The notes below the pieces were generated by a model. The model did not search any database. It was not told where the DNA came from and worked only from the letters and a program-made list of their open reading frames with translations. 64,000 nt of DNA, from IMG/VR virus record IMGVR_UViG_3300030329_003925, positions 13,220 to 77,219 of that record, one strand, 5' to 3'. The translations under genes and the position numbers were made by a program. The stretch's first letter is position 1. Every line of letters begins with the position of its first letter. The DNA comes from a virus. Shown in pieces: positions 1 to 9,634 of the stretch.

Positions 1-96
1 GCTTGCACTTGCGAAAGTGATATTGCTGCCGCTTGTCATCGTTGTACGATTTTGCGCCATAGCCTTTTTTACGTCTAGTCTAAAGTTTTTCATGCC

Positions 97-525
97 TTAA
101 TACCATACTGGATTATCGAACCTTTTCATCGTCGAATAAAAATCATCGATAATCTGTCTATCCTCATCACTATAAATACCACCGGGAGCAATAATTATTT
201 TGTCATTTCCCACATTCGCTTTGATCTCGGCATTATAAGCCACATGACCAACGGGAACAAGGTCGCGGGAAGGATCTGCACTCGGGACAATTACAAAGTC
301 CCAGCCCATATCATCCGCAGGATTTATAAATTCTGACCACTCACCGTAATCGAATAATAGTTCTTTTGGCTCTCCACGAAACTTCTTCATAGAGCCTTTG
401 GGAAAATCAATGTGCATCTTCTGGTCTGGGTTGTCGCGGATGATTGCGATCATCTCATCCCTTGTCGGCACAATTGTCTTTTCTTCGTTCAAGAATTTCT
501 TCCAATTTTCATAAAGCTTTTCCAT
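97..525 (-). CDS. Inorganic pyrophosphatase-like protein with class A leader (MEKLYENWKKFLNEE)
   Basis: DYGE...NPADDMGWDFVIV and a DKII motif resemble the family I PPase YG..DGDPxD signature. Confidence 0.55.
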   Translation of the reverse strand: MEKLYENWKKFLNEEKTIVPTRDEMIAIIRDNPDQKMHIDFPKGSMKKFRGEPKELLFDYGEWSEFINPADDMGWDFVIVPSADPSRDLVPVGHVAYNAEIKANVGNDKIIIAPGGIYSDEDRQIIDDFYSTMKRFDNPVWY

Positions 526-526
526 G

Positions 527-973
527 CTACACCATCATGATAATGCAAGCCACCAGATTATTGCTCATATGACACACAAGAGAAGCCTTAATGTTGCCTG
601 TCTTATATTTGAACCACCCCAGAAGGAAAGAGATTGGCAACAAGCCTAAGACATGTAACAGGTCCACATGAATGAGAGCAAAAAGAATGCTGATGACGAT
701 ATAAACTGTTTTCTCTTTCAGGAACCTCGACATGAAATTCCACAGAGCACCTCGAAAGATGGCTTCTTCAATAAGTGGAGCCACCACGATAATACAGAAT
801 AACATGAAATACTGTAAAAATCCATAAGTTTCTGCTCCAAAAATACCATTCACCATTTCTAGGTTCTGGGACTGAGTGCTCGGAACTAAGTTGGACAAGA
901 GTGTCACAATAAAAGCAGGAACAATACTGATTAACGCGCCTCCCAGAAACGCTTTGGTGTAAGGGTATCTCAT
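527..973 (-). CDS. CPBP (CAAX/Abi) intramembrane metalloprotease
   Basis: APLIEEAIFRG, FALIH and HMSNN motifs; several hydrophobic helices. Confidence 0.9.
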   Translation of the reverse strand: MRYPYTKAFLGGALISIVPAFIVTLLSNLVPSTQSQNLEMVNGIFGAETYGFLQYFMLFCIIVVAPLIEEAIFRGALWNFMSRFLKEKTVYIVISILFALIHVDLLHVLGLLPISFLLGWFKYKTGNIKASLVCHMSNNLVACIIMMV

Positions 974-1851
974 TTAATCTCCTCCAGCATATTGGCTAAG
1001 TCTAGACCGGCGCAATCTATCTTTTTTGACGTTATATTGTAGTGATTACAAAAGCCGTTAAATCGCCCTTTGTAGACCTCGTAATTTACCCCAGTGTCCA
1101 ACCCCTCGGAAGCCATTGGAGCCACGAGAGGTACCTTACAAGCCAAGGAAACGGCTTTCCACAATGCCTTGGCAGCGTCAAGCTGAACTGGGTAGAATCC
1201 AAGGTGGGTTTCGAGAGGTTTTCCATGTACAATTGCATCAGTGATGACAGGTCGAGGACCAAAACGTTTCGTATACCAGTCTTGGTACTTTGGGTAGAAC
1301 GCGTTACTAATTTCGACGCCAACACTCTTGGTGTTGACTATGCTGTTGCCTGCGTGCCATGCTCTGTGTTGCATATCGAGAAGTTGATAGATTGTTCCGT
1401 CATTGTCGATGCAGAAATGTACACTTACTTTACGCTTATTGAGGACGCTGGCGCACGACTTGGAACTCAGACAAACATCCCAGTGATTGACAAACATTGA
1501 AATGTCTCTAGGCTCTTTGCCTGAGTAGTCGGTATAAGTGCCCTTATTCATCCGCAGACCACCGGGCTCATCCCATGTCACCACCTTATCCCATTCAATC
1601 GGAAAGAATTCGCCATTATAGACGATGTGCTCACCTTTGGGCTCATAATCGTCAATATTGGCTTGACGATCAGTGAAGATGCGTCGATAAGTCGAGGGTC
1701 CACAGAGACCATCAGCCGAAAGACCAAGGCTTCTCTGGAATTCCATAATTTTCTCAACGAGCTTCTCGTCGTAGTCATCTGCGCCAAACCAATCAGGCTT
1801 CCACCCGTAACGTCGGGATGAATTCAAATTATATTTTATTTTGCTGTCCAT
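970..1851 (-). CDS. Endolysin: peptidoglycan-binding domain plus Amidase_2 N-acetylmuramoyl-L-alanine amidase
   Basis: FQRSLGLSADGLCGPST (PG-binding); HW, SVHFCIDNDGTIYQ, AWHAG, SVGVEI, H...KIDC (amidase). Confidence 0.9.
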   Translation of the reverse strand: MDSKIKYNLNSSRRYGWKPDWFGADDYDEKLVEKIMEFQRSLGLSADGLCGPSTYRRIFTDRQANIDDYEPKGEHIVYNGEFFPIEWDKVVTWDEPGGLRMNKGTYTDYSGKEPRDISMFVNHWDVCLSSKSCASVLNKRKVSVHFCIDNDGTIYQLLDMQHRAWHAGNSIVNTKSVGVEISNAFYPKYQDWYTKRFGPRPVITDAIVHGKPLETHLGFYPVQLDAAKALWKAVSLACKVPLVAPMASEGLDTGVNYEVYKGRFNGFCNHYNITSKKIDCAGLDLANMLEEIK

Positions 1852-1872
1852 TGTCTGCTCCTTGCGATAAGA

Positions 1873-3387
1873 TTACCACCTCGATATCGGGTACATCGAT
1901 GGCGGCGTGCCAGCCCCAATTCTTTGAAGCTCCATATGTTTCTCGGCTACGGCAGCTATTTTCTCGGGAGAGTCTCCAACACGGAATTTGCCTTTGGGTC
2001 GATTATCGCCAGCAAGTTTAGATAATTTTTCAAGCGTTTTATAGGGAGTTTCTAAATTTCTTGCAATAGCCATTCGAATCCAACCATTTGCGTCTTCTTC
2101 ACTGCTAAGACTGCCAAGTTTATCGAGCGTTTCTGGTGGGGTGTTTTCGTTCTTGGCAACAGCGGAGCGAATATACTCTTGCAGACTCCAATGTGAGTCT
2201 CGTTCGCCATCTTCACTCGCGAATGGCATGGATGCAAGCCTAGCCAATACTTTCGGGTACTTGGTCCGAGCCCCCAGTGTGTGTCGAACGGTTCCATCTT
2301 CATCGCCTTCATCGACATCTGCCAACGTCATGTGAATACCTTCTTCTGCGCTGGGGTTAGTGGCAATGTTTCGCCATATCTGAGTAGGGTTGCTTCCATG
2401 ATAATGCACTATCAAGTCATATAAGACGCTGCTTGGGGTGTTCTGATTGCCAGCAATGTTTGTCAGCACGCCATCATCGTCAATGGCGATTGATGCTTGG
2501 AGCAGAGACTCTTTTGCCAACTGCTTTAATTCTTCGGGGTCAGTTGAGTTCTCTGCGCGTTCTCGTTTTTTCCAGTCGTTGATAACATCATATTTTTCCG
2601 CTGCTCCAGTGGCGATTAGCATGTCTACCAATTTAGTGGCTTGCTCAGACTCAACGCTCCAATCATCCTCATCCATAAACTGTTCAGAGCCAAAATGAAA
2701 TTGATATCTTGATCCACTCTCTTTGTGCTCGAAATAAAACAGTGGATCTTCTTCTTCGTAATATTGCTCGAAATAATCCAAGCCGGGAGCGGCAGTACAC
2801 CATTCAGTACCTTTTCCAAGCTCACAGGCTGCGCCTTTATTGTGGATGGCATAAATTTTCCATTCTTCATCGTCCCGAAAGACTTCGGTGCCCTCTTCGG
2901 CATCCATATATTTCTTCTCGGCTTGGTATGCCTTTATTTTGGGTTCTGCCTCGGCATAAACGTTCAGGAGATCGTCCAAAGTGTGTATGGTGAAGATGTC
3001 TTTCTTCTCCATGAACCGATGCCACTGAAAATAGAGTTCGAGATAGTGTCTGGTGATTCCAAGAGAGTCAGAAACTTTGGGATCCCACAGTGTATCTGCA
3101 ATTTCCTTATCTTTTAGTCCTCTTGATAAGATCCATTCGAGAGCAGTGCCTCTTTGGTTGTCGTCGAGGTCATCAGGAACCATGTGTAACAAAGCTTTGG
3201 CGATCAAATCCGCCTTATACTCTATTTCGTTTTTTGAGAGCTTGAGCGTTCTGGATTCTGGATCCCATGCACGATTCTTGATAAAGCTGCGCAAAACCTT
3301 GGAATTCTCCATACGATCTACCGCTTGTTCAAAAGATATTTCGGTGAGGAGAACGAATTTTCTCCACTCATTGAAGATTTCTTGCAT
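1873..3387 (-). CDS. Leader-bearing protein with a PcfJ-like domain and C-terminal LRV/HEAT-like repeats
   Basis: MQEIFNEWRKF leader; ACELGKGTEWCTA motif; repeated A.N.NTP...L..L units. Confidence 0.55.
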   Translation of the reverse strand: MQEIFNEWRKFVLLTEISFEQAVDRMENSKVLRSFIKNRAWDPESRTLKLSKNEIEYKADLIAKALLHMVPDDLDDNQRGTALEWILSRGLKDKEIADTLWDPKVSDSLGITRHYLELYFQWHRFMEKKDIFTIHTLDDLLNVYAEAEPKIKAYQAEKKYMDAEEGTEVFRDDEEWKIYAIHNKGAACELGKGTEWCTAAPGLDYFEQYYEEEDPLFYFEHKESGSRYQFHFGSEQFMDEDDWSVESEQATKLVDMLIATGAAEKYDVINDWKKRERAENSTDPEELKQLAKESLLQASIAIDDDGVLTNIAGNQNTPSSVLYDLIVHYHGSNPTQIWRNIATNPSAEEGIHMTLADVDEGDEDGTVRHTLGARTKYPKVLARLASMPFASEDGERDSHWSLQEYIRSAVAKNENTPPETLDKLGSLSSEEDANGWIRMAIARNLETPYKTLEKLSKLAGDNRPKGKFRVGDSPEKIAAVAEKHMELQRIGAGTPPSMYPISRW

Positions 3388-3452
3388 ACAGATGGACCCT
3401 TTACAGTTAAATAGTTTTGATTTCTATAAACTGCAAGGAATGATTTCGTTGC

Positions 3453-4142
3453 TTACTTTTGCGATTTTAAAAATTCCTCCACTGCGCTAACCGGCACAAT
3501 CAACCCAACATCCTCGATAATGGTAGGAAGATTTGTAAGATCTGTTCCAACGCTTACCGCTGAAACAACTCCGACAATCTTTCCGTGCCTATCGAGAACT
3601 AGAGAGCCAGACGCCCCCTTCCAAATATAGGAATGAACAATGGTCATGAAGCCATCATATCCAGCAACATACCCTTTAATCGTAAGCAGACCCATTGAGT
3701 TTGGGTACCCGCTGTAAATTATTTCGTCTCCTATGTTGTGTTGGCGTGCAACGCGCCACCGAACTGGCTCTTTCGTCATCATGCCCGCAATCGACACCAA
3801 AGCAACATCAGAATAAGAATCGAGGAACACTACTTCACCGATAATTATTTCTTTGTTGCCCGTTATCATCGCAGTAGGAGAGCCGTCCACCACATGAGCG
3901 GCAGTTAAAATATAATGCTCCCCTTTGTGGGTGACGTAAGCGCCACTTCCGCTTATCTTGTTACCCCATTCGTCAAAAGACGCAATCTTGACCGCTGCAT
4001 TTCTGCTTCGGTGCTCCAAACCGCTGTTAAACAGCGAAACGTGTTCAATGCTTTCGAATGTAGGAAGCGTATCGATATCACAATCAACAGGCGTACACCC
4101 AAACAGCATAGACACTAGAACTAGCCTAGTTAAAACCCCCAT
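3453..4142 (-). CDS. Trypsin-like serine protease, probable lipoprotein
   Basis: Lipobox LFGC; catalytic triad TAAHV / DVAL / GASGS. Confidence 0.85.
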   Translation of the reverse strand: MGVLTRLVLVSMLFGCTPVDCDIDTLPTFESIEHVSLFNSGLEHRSRNAAVKIASFDEWGNKISGSGAYVTHKGEHYILTAAHVVDGSPTAMITGNKEIIIGEVVFLDSYSDVALVSIAGMMTKEPVRWRVARQHNIGDEIIYSGYPNSMGLLTIKGYVAGYDGFMTIVHSYIWKGASGSLVLDRHGKIVGVVSAVSVGTDLTNLPTIIEDVGLIVPVSAVEEFLKSQK

Positions 4143-4220
4143 AATCTTATCCCCCTATTATTATATAGGGGACGGAAAGCAATAATTCGCTAAACGTCGT
4201 AATTTAGCAATCTTTCGAGC

Positions 4221-5153
4221 TTAAACGTATTCGTCCACGTCTTTTTTGAGAGTGGTTGCGTTCTTCTGAGCTTTTAAAGCCGCTTGCTTAGCGTCTGGAG
4301 AGTTCAGAAAATATGTGTTGACGTTTCGTGACAACTTATCCATCTGGTCATAGATCTCTGTGAGATTGTCACCGAGTTGGTCGGCATACTTTTGCGCAAT
4401 CTTTTTAATGTTCTCTCGGGACCCTAAATCGAGTGTCCCCAAGAAATACTCGTCTTTTTCAATGTCTCTCGTATAAATTCCACTGCTTAAATCATACGAA
4501 TCAAAATCTCCCGCAAACCCGCCTTCCCTATTTCCTATCGTAAACGAATAGAAATCAATACTCACGACAGTTCCGGTTTTGTGCTCTCTATTTTTAAGCG
4601 CCACAATATATTTTATTGGCTGCTGATATTTCTCAATTGCCGTTTCCAAGTTTTGCCAAGAGCCCTTGATATATTTGGGACCCGCAAACAGCAACTTCAG
4701 ACTCAGGGGCTGTCCTTCTGCGTCGAGGAGATCTTCAATAGCTTGATAGCGCCCGCCCGGTGTGGGAACCTGACGAGCCTGACCCCCTAAAAGCACAGCC
4801 AAGATAGATTCGAATAAGAATCCGCCCGTCTTATCGTTAAAATCGTAGATTAAAGATGCAAGAGAGTCCAGAAAAACAAGATTGCCGAGAATCTCAGGAA
4901 TATCCTTGGTGGCTACACAGGCTTCGTCACAATCTTTTACAAACTGCTGAAGAGATGCGATTTTTTCACCCAGCGTGTTACCTTTGATTTTGGACGTAAA
5001 CATTTCAATAATCTGACGATCATCGGTTCCCGGCTCACCCCACTTCTCTGAAATTTTAAAGCTCGGAAGGGAAATGGTTCCCTTTTCACCGCCTTTTTCC
5101 AATTGGGCTTCTTCGGATAGAAATTTATTCCAATTTTCGAATAAGAGATTCAT
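4221..5153 (-). CDS. Leader-bearing protein with a possible restriction-endonuclease-like (PD-(D/E)xK variant) domain
   Basis: MNLLFENWNKFLSEE leader; GFLFE...IEDLL...SLKLL pattern. Confidence 0.4.
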   Translation of the reverse strand: MNLLFENWNKFLSEEAQLEKGGEKGTISLPSFKISEKWGEPGTDDRQIIEMFTSKIKGNTLGEKIASLQQFVKDCDEACVATKDIPEILGNLVFLDSLASLIYDFNDKTGGFLFESILAVLLGGQARQVPTPGGRYQAIEDLLDAEGQPLSLKLLFAGPKYIKGSWQNLETAIEKYQQPIKYIVALKNREHKTGTVVSIDFYSFTIGNREGGFAGDFDSYDLSSGIYTRDIEKDEYFLGTLDLGSRENIKKIAQKYADQLGDNLTEIYDQMDKLSRNVNTYFLNSPDAKQAALKAQKNATTLKKDVDEYV

Positions 5154-5773
5154 TTTTTGACAAGCTCCTTATTAACTATGTCGTAGCCGTCAACAACGCC
5201 AATGTTAAAATAGTCGAAACCGTCCAGAAGTGCTATCTTTTGCTCGGCAAAGTCCCCCAGCATATTATATACGCTCACCTGCCCAACCACTTCTGTAAAC
5301 AAGGCTGGTGCTGCTGCTGGGGGTAAAGTCTTTAAGTGTGCATTGTAGGCTGCATACTCGCCCCTCAAGGTAAATTCTGTCCCCCTTGAGCCAATTGCTT
5401 GAATATGTGACATATAATCGTGGATGGCTCTAAACTTGGCATTCGTAACTTCGTCAAAGATGTCGTGATCAGCATCAATGGTGGCGATTCTCATCTTGCC
5501 GGTTGTATTTACTTCATCACGCAGTTCTTGTGCCGATTCATATGGGTGATAGTCTACGAACTCCACGTCCACTCTTGATTGAATCTGTTTAAACATCTTT
5601 TCGATAAAAGGAACCATAGCTTCGAAACTGGGAACAGCCCTTTGTTCAAATTTTGGAGCAGCCATATAAGCATCGGCAACAAGTTGAGCATACAAGTCCC
5701 AGCCGTTAGGACCGGGCTTGAGCATCAGCTTCTCGTTGAGGAAACCTCTCCAATTTTCAAAAAGGTTCTGCAC
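5150..5773 (-). CDS. Leader-bearing hypothetical protein
   Basis: MQNLFENWRGFLNE leader; FRAIHDYMSH motif. Confidence 0.6.
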   Translation of the reverse strand: MQNLFENWRGFLNEKLMLKPGPNGWDLYAQLVADAYMAAPKFEQRAVPSFEAMVPFIEKMFKQIQSRVDVEFVDYHPYESAQELRDEVNTTGKMRIATIDADHDIFDEVTNAKFRAIHDYMSHIQAIGSRGTEFTLRGEYAAYNAHLKTLPPAAAPALFTEVVGQVSVYNMLGDFAEQKIALLDGFDYFNIGVVDGYDIVNKELVKK

Positions 5774-5778
5774 TAGTT

Positions 5779-6807
5779 TTACCCTTTCTGCTTTTGGGAA
5801 GGGGCTTTCGTGCCATTCTCCATCAAGCTGGACGGGTCTTGGGTGCTTAGGAATTCGATCACTTCTTCGCGATTTTCTAGCTCCCGCTTACCTTTTCCGG
5901 TAAACCCTATCTGAGCCATGTCTTCGGCTCCTTCGGCTTCAAGGCGATCTATGAGTTCTTCGTCGCTTAAATCGGAGAAATCACCTACGGGCAAAACCAT
6001 TCCAAGGTTGCCCTCTCGGATATTGCGAAGCTCCTCTCTTATTATTTCTTCAAGTTGCTCACTAATTTTTTTCGCCCGCCTTGTCACAGGCTTGCGAGGT
6101 CTAGAACTCGCCTTGGTTGCCGCATGTGAGCGTTGTGCGCCCATTCCTTGCGTCCGTGGAAATTCTTCACCTTTCTCGGGCGTCATCATAAGCTCCTGTT
6201 CGGCTTCATAAGCATCGTGGTCGGAAATATAGCGGTCTTCAAGTCCTCTGGTATATTCCGATGGATCATAATCTGGCTTGTAAGAACGAGCTTCTTCATC
6301 TTGAGCCTGCTGCTCTAGTTCGGCAGTCAAGCTATGATGCATTTCTTCTAACTCTTCGACGCTCATCTCATCGAACTTAATCCAGCGAGGTCGAATGCCG
6401 TTCACATACTTGTAAAGATCATAAATAGATGCCGATAGAGCATCATGAAGTTCTTCGGGAGGAATGGGTTTCCACTCTTCTTCCGACGCAGTATCAGCCT
6501 CTAGAGCTTCTTTTACAAGTTTTGAAACATTAATTTTCTTCAAAGCTTCTTTTGCGAGGGCTGCTGGGTTGCCACGCACACCCGCTGCCCTTCCATAGAC
6601 GGCTTGTCTCTGACCAATATTCAGAGGATCTTCCCCCGTAAAGGCAGCAGAAAGATAATCAATACTTAAATCTAATTTTTTCATCTGATTCAGTAACTGA
6701 GACAGGAGGTCTTCGAGTCCCGATGCTACAAAGCGTACTTCGCCACTTTCATTCGACTCAAAGCCTTCATATAAAAGTTTTTTTGCTTGTGCTTTGCTGA
6801 TTTTCAT
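5779..6807 (-). CDS. Acidic leader-bearing hypothetical protein (possible head internal protein)
   Basis: MKISKAQAKKLLYE leader; internal leader-like repeats (ISEQLEEIIREEL). Confidence 0.55.
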   Translation of the reverse strand: MKISKAQAKKLLYEGFESNESGEVRFVASGLEDLLSQLLNQMKKLDLSIDYLSAAFTGEDPLNIGQRQAVYGRAAGVRGNPAALAKEALKKINVSKLVKEALEADTASEEEWKPIPPEELHDALSASIYDLYKYVNGIRPRWIKFDEMSVEELEEMHHSLTAELEQQAQDEEARSYKPDYDPSEYTRGLEDRYISDHDAYEAEQELMMTPEKGEEFPRTQGMGAQRSHAATKASSRPRKPVTRRAKKISEQLEEIIREELRNIREGNLGMVLPVGDFSDLSDEELIDRLEAEGAEDMAQIGFTGKGKRELENREEVIEFLSTQDPSSLMENGTKAPSQKQKG

Positions 6808-7148
6808 TTTGTTCTATCCTTATCGTCGTCGCGTTTTGCGGGATGCTTGTGACCCTCTTCGATAGTTGGCTCTATGTCTTCTGCTAAGAGGTTTCTAACA
6901 ATTGTGTCTCCAAATTTCATGTCATAGATGCCAATTTCACCGCTCTCGTTGAGTGAGTGCCAAAGCACTTTGCCAACTGGGTTTTTGATTCCGTATCTTT
7001 CTTGTAAGGCTGAACTCAGCCTTCCTTCCTTCATTCAAGTGTGTTCTAGGTCTTTTAGCTCATCTTCGAGTTCTTTTTTTCTCTTTGCTTGAGCTTTTGT
7101 AAGTTCTTCCTTGATGAGATTTCTAAGCTGTGTTTTTGTGATTTTCAT
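6804..7148 (-). CDS. Candidate selenoprotein (114 aa if UGA38 is read through), with class B leader and His-rich metal-binding pattern
   Basis: The 37-aa ORF MKITKTQLRNLIKEEL...LEHT (7035-7148) is in frame with ORF 6804-7034, separated by one TGA; a hairpin follows 11 nt downstream. Confidence 0.55.
7006..7023 (-). promoter_or_regulatory. Bacterial SECIS-like hairpin AAGGCUG-AGUU-CAGCCUU
   Basis: Perfect 7-8 bp stem with a GU-containing loop, starting exactly 11 nt 3' of the in-frame UGA (7035-7037). Confidence 0.55.
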
Positions 7149-7149
7149 T

Positions 7150-7368
7150 TTATGCTCCTATCGCTTTTTTCTGGGCGGGTGTGAGGATATTGTCTTGGAT
7201 TGCTCTGATAACCTCGTCGGCTGTGGTATTGTAGGCTTTCGTAACCCTGCCTATTAAGCCCTCTATCTCGTCACCAACTGCCACGCTTAACATTGGTCCA
7301 GTGTTTTCCGTCACGGATGCAAGTTCTTCCTTGATAATCTGTTTAAGTTGTGCTTTTGTGATTTTCAT
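7150..7368 (-). CDS. Small class B leader protein
   Basis: MKITKAQLKQIIKEEL N-terminus. Confidence 0.65.
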   Translation of the reverse strand: MKITKAQLKQIIKEELASVTENTGPMLSVAVGDEIEGLIGRVTKAYNTTADEVIRAIQDNILTPAQKKAIGA

Positions 7369-7664
7369 TAAATTTTATCCCTTGTACATTCTTCAGGCAA
7401 ATGAGACTTGGGGTCTTCTTTGTAAGTCTCAAGTGTCGGCTGCTCCCAGTTTAAAAGAGGGCAATAAAGGCGATGATCGCTCTTGTCTTTCAAGAACAGT
7501 TCCAGACCGAGAACATCATTTCTCAAGCCCTCGACACCTTTTTTGCAATCCTCCACATCTTCATCCGCAGAATCCTGCTGCTCTTGCGGAGCAGGTTCAA
7601 CCACGGGGTAGGGAGGATAGAATGTCGTGGACCCTATAAGGGGGACCAAAAGCCATTTGCTCAT
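7368..7664 (-). CDS. Hypothetical exported protein (possible lysis/spanin-associated)
   Basis: Hydrophobic N-terminus; three Cys; coupled to the upstream membrane coiled-coil gene. Confidence 0.4.
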   Translation of the reverse strand: MSKWLLVPLIGSTTFYPPYPVVEPAPQEQQDSADEDVEDCKKGVEGLRNDVLGLELFLKDKSDHRLYCPLLNWEQPTLETYKEDPKSHLPEECTRDKI

Positions 7665-7933
7665 TGTGCCGTCACCAATTGTTCAATACGCTGCAACGCA
7701 GCCTTCATATACTCTATATCTTTTTCGATGGAGATGATTGCGCGGCTATTAGCCTCTGCTTCTTCCACCTTTTGCTCAAGGGCAACGACAGTTTCTTCTG
7801 CGTCACCAAGATCGTTTTCCAACTGCGCCACGGCAACGTTTACATTCCAAACCCATCCAGCTAGAGGGAGGACAACAACGCCGAGAACAACAGTGAATAT
7901 TTTCCATATCCATTCATTAGTCGTAGTAGCCAT
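7661..7933 (-). CDS. Membrane-anchored coiled-coil protein (i-spanin/holin-like)
   Basis: N-terminal TM helix followed by heptad coiled coil. Confidence 0.5.
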   Translation of the reverse strand: MATTTNEWIWKIFTVVLGVVVLPLAGWVWNVNVAVAQLENDLGDAEETVVALEQKVEEAEANSRAIISIEKDIEYMKAALQRIEQLVTAQ

Positions 7934-7936
7934 GTC

Positions 7937-8212
7937 TTAAATAGTTTTGACCCATTGTATTTCCTCTTCAGGATCAACTTTTTTCCTTGTCAGTTCTAGA
8001 CCAAAATATTTTATCGCACACCGCTTGACATAATCGGCGCTTGGTCGCCTATGAAAAACCAGTTTTCTAGGAACTACATACATCGTTCCGTAACGACAGT
8101 CGCGTATACCGGGTCCACAACTTGTAAGCCCAACGCCGCAATCTCCTCGTTCAAATAAACCATCAGGATGCGAAATACCAACGAAATAGACAAAATAATT
8201 GTAATCCTCCAC
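7937..8212 (-). CDS. Hypothetical protein
   Basis: ORF with G-rich RBS, GTG start. Confidence 0.5.
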   Translation of the reverse strand: MEDYNYFVYFVGISHPDGLFERGDCGVGLTSCGPGIRDCRYGTMYVVPRKLVFHRRPSADYVKRCAIKYFGLELTRKKVDPEEEIQWVKTI

Positions 8213-8256
8213 AAATTCGCCCCCCTAAAGTATATAGGGGGCAAAAGTGCAATCGC

Positions 8257-9591
8257 TTACGGACACTCTCCATAGATGCCATAATCGACTTCTATAAGGC
8301 TGTCGGCAAGAGGAGCATAGTCAACATCGAAGTTTATAGAATTTGTGCTCGGATCATAATACCAGCCATCTGTCATCAGAAAGCCGTCGATGTAAACTTC
8401 GATGCTGTCAACGATAGGATCGTCCGACAACAGATACTGAAGAATAGGAACCAAGGAGTCCTCGGCTAATTGCTCAACTTGGTAGCCCCAATCCGAAGTG
8501 CAAATATCGAAGAATTGACCCGAAGATAGAAATACAGCCTCGTCATATCTCTCGGCAGGGTCAGCACAAGACGAAGAAGGATAAAGTCCAGCCACAGAGT
8601 GCAAGCTAAAAAGGGTGCCTGACGATTTGGTCGCCATCATGTCCGAGACATAATTGGTAACAGGGTCGAGAGAGAAATCATCCTCGTCTGAAACGATGAT
8701 GACCGCAAGATTTGCAGCCTCTCGGAAAAATACGCTCCCCAAGCCAGCAGTGCCCCCCGGCAACAAAGCGTCTCTTGCCATTTGCAGCCCTTTCTCGGTC
8801 GCGTTGCCACTTGTTCCAGCCACAATTGCATTTTGGAAGTCCAACAATAGGCTGGGGCTCGTAGGGGTCATTACGTTTCCGCGCAACATGGTGGAATCTG
8901 TTGTTATGACCCCGATATGGAAATCAGCCCCGCTTATCGAGAGGGGGTTAATGAAAAGATCAGCATTGCTTGCTAACTCGGTTTGTTCATCACTCATCGA
9001 ACAAGAGTTGTCGATGACAAAAAGAATATCCAGCATGACCTGCTCCTCTTGGATAAACTCGTCAGTAACATCTCCCCCACGAATGCCTTCTCCATCTTGC
9101 CCAATAATAACAGAGGGGTCAGTTAGGTCATTGGAATCCACGGTCACATAGCCCAAGTGATAATCTTCTTCGTTGGGCATATATTCCACGCTTATAAAAG
9201 CGGAGGCACCGGGAACCAAAATCCACGGCAACCCTCCGTAGGCGAGATAGTCCACATTCATAGCCAAATCGTCTGGACCACTGTAGTGAAGCTTGTCCAC
9301 AATTAGGTCGAGACCTCCGACACTCTTAATCTCGATCATTAGCTCCATGGGACACTCCAACAGAGTGTCTCCGAACTCGTGAAAAACAGGTGTCACCTCG
9401 ATTTCAGCCGTTAGCTCTGGTGGTTCTGGGTCCGTTTCGGTATTGACGATCAACGGCGGATCTCTGTCCGGTATCGTCGTTTCAACAACGGGTGGTGCAT
9501 CTGGTGCATCGACAACCAGATCCGAAATGTGATAGTCACTCTTGCAGGCTGTTAACAGCCCCAAAATAAAAAATAAATTCCCCCAACGCAT
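8257..9591 (-). CDS. Lipoprotein with Ig-like (ASH-type) domain and VWA domain (myxobacterial CglB-like architecture)
   Basis: Lipobox LTAC; MIDAS DILFVIDNSCSM, IGVITTD, IIVSDEDD. Confidence 0.75.
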   Translation of the reverse strand: MRWGNLFFILGLLTACKSDYHISDLVVDAPDAPPVVETTIPDRDPPLIVNTETDPEPPELTAEIEVTPVFHEFGDTLLECPMELMIEIKSVGGLDLIVDKLHYSGPDDLAMNVDYLAYGGLPWILVPGASAFISVEYMPNEEDYHLGYVTVDSNDLTDPSVIIGQDGEGIRGGDVTDEFIQEEQVMLDILFVIDNSCSMSDEQTELASNADLFINPLSISGADFHIGVITTDSTMLRGNVMTPTSPSLLLDFQNAIVAGTSGNATEKGLQMARDALLPGGTAGLGSVFFREAANLAVIIVSDEDDFSLDPVTNYVSDMMATKSSGTLFSLHSVAGLYPSSSCADPAERYDEAVFLSSGQFFDICTSDWGYQVEQLAEDSLVPILQYLLSDDPIVDSIEVYIDGFLMTDGWYYDPSTNSINFDVDYAPLADSLIEVDYGIYGECP

Positions 9592-9634
9592 TCATAAGCC
9601 CCCCTTATTATGCATGTCTATAAGTACATAGGGG

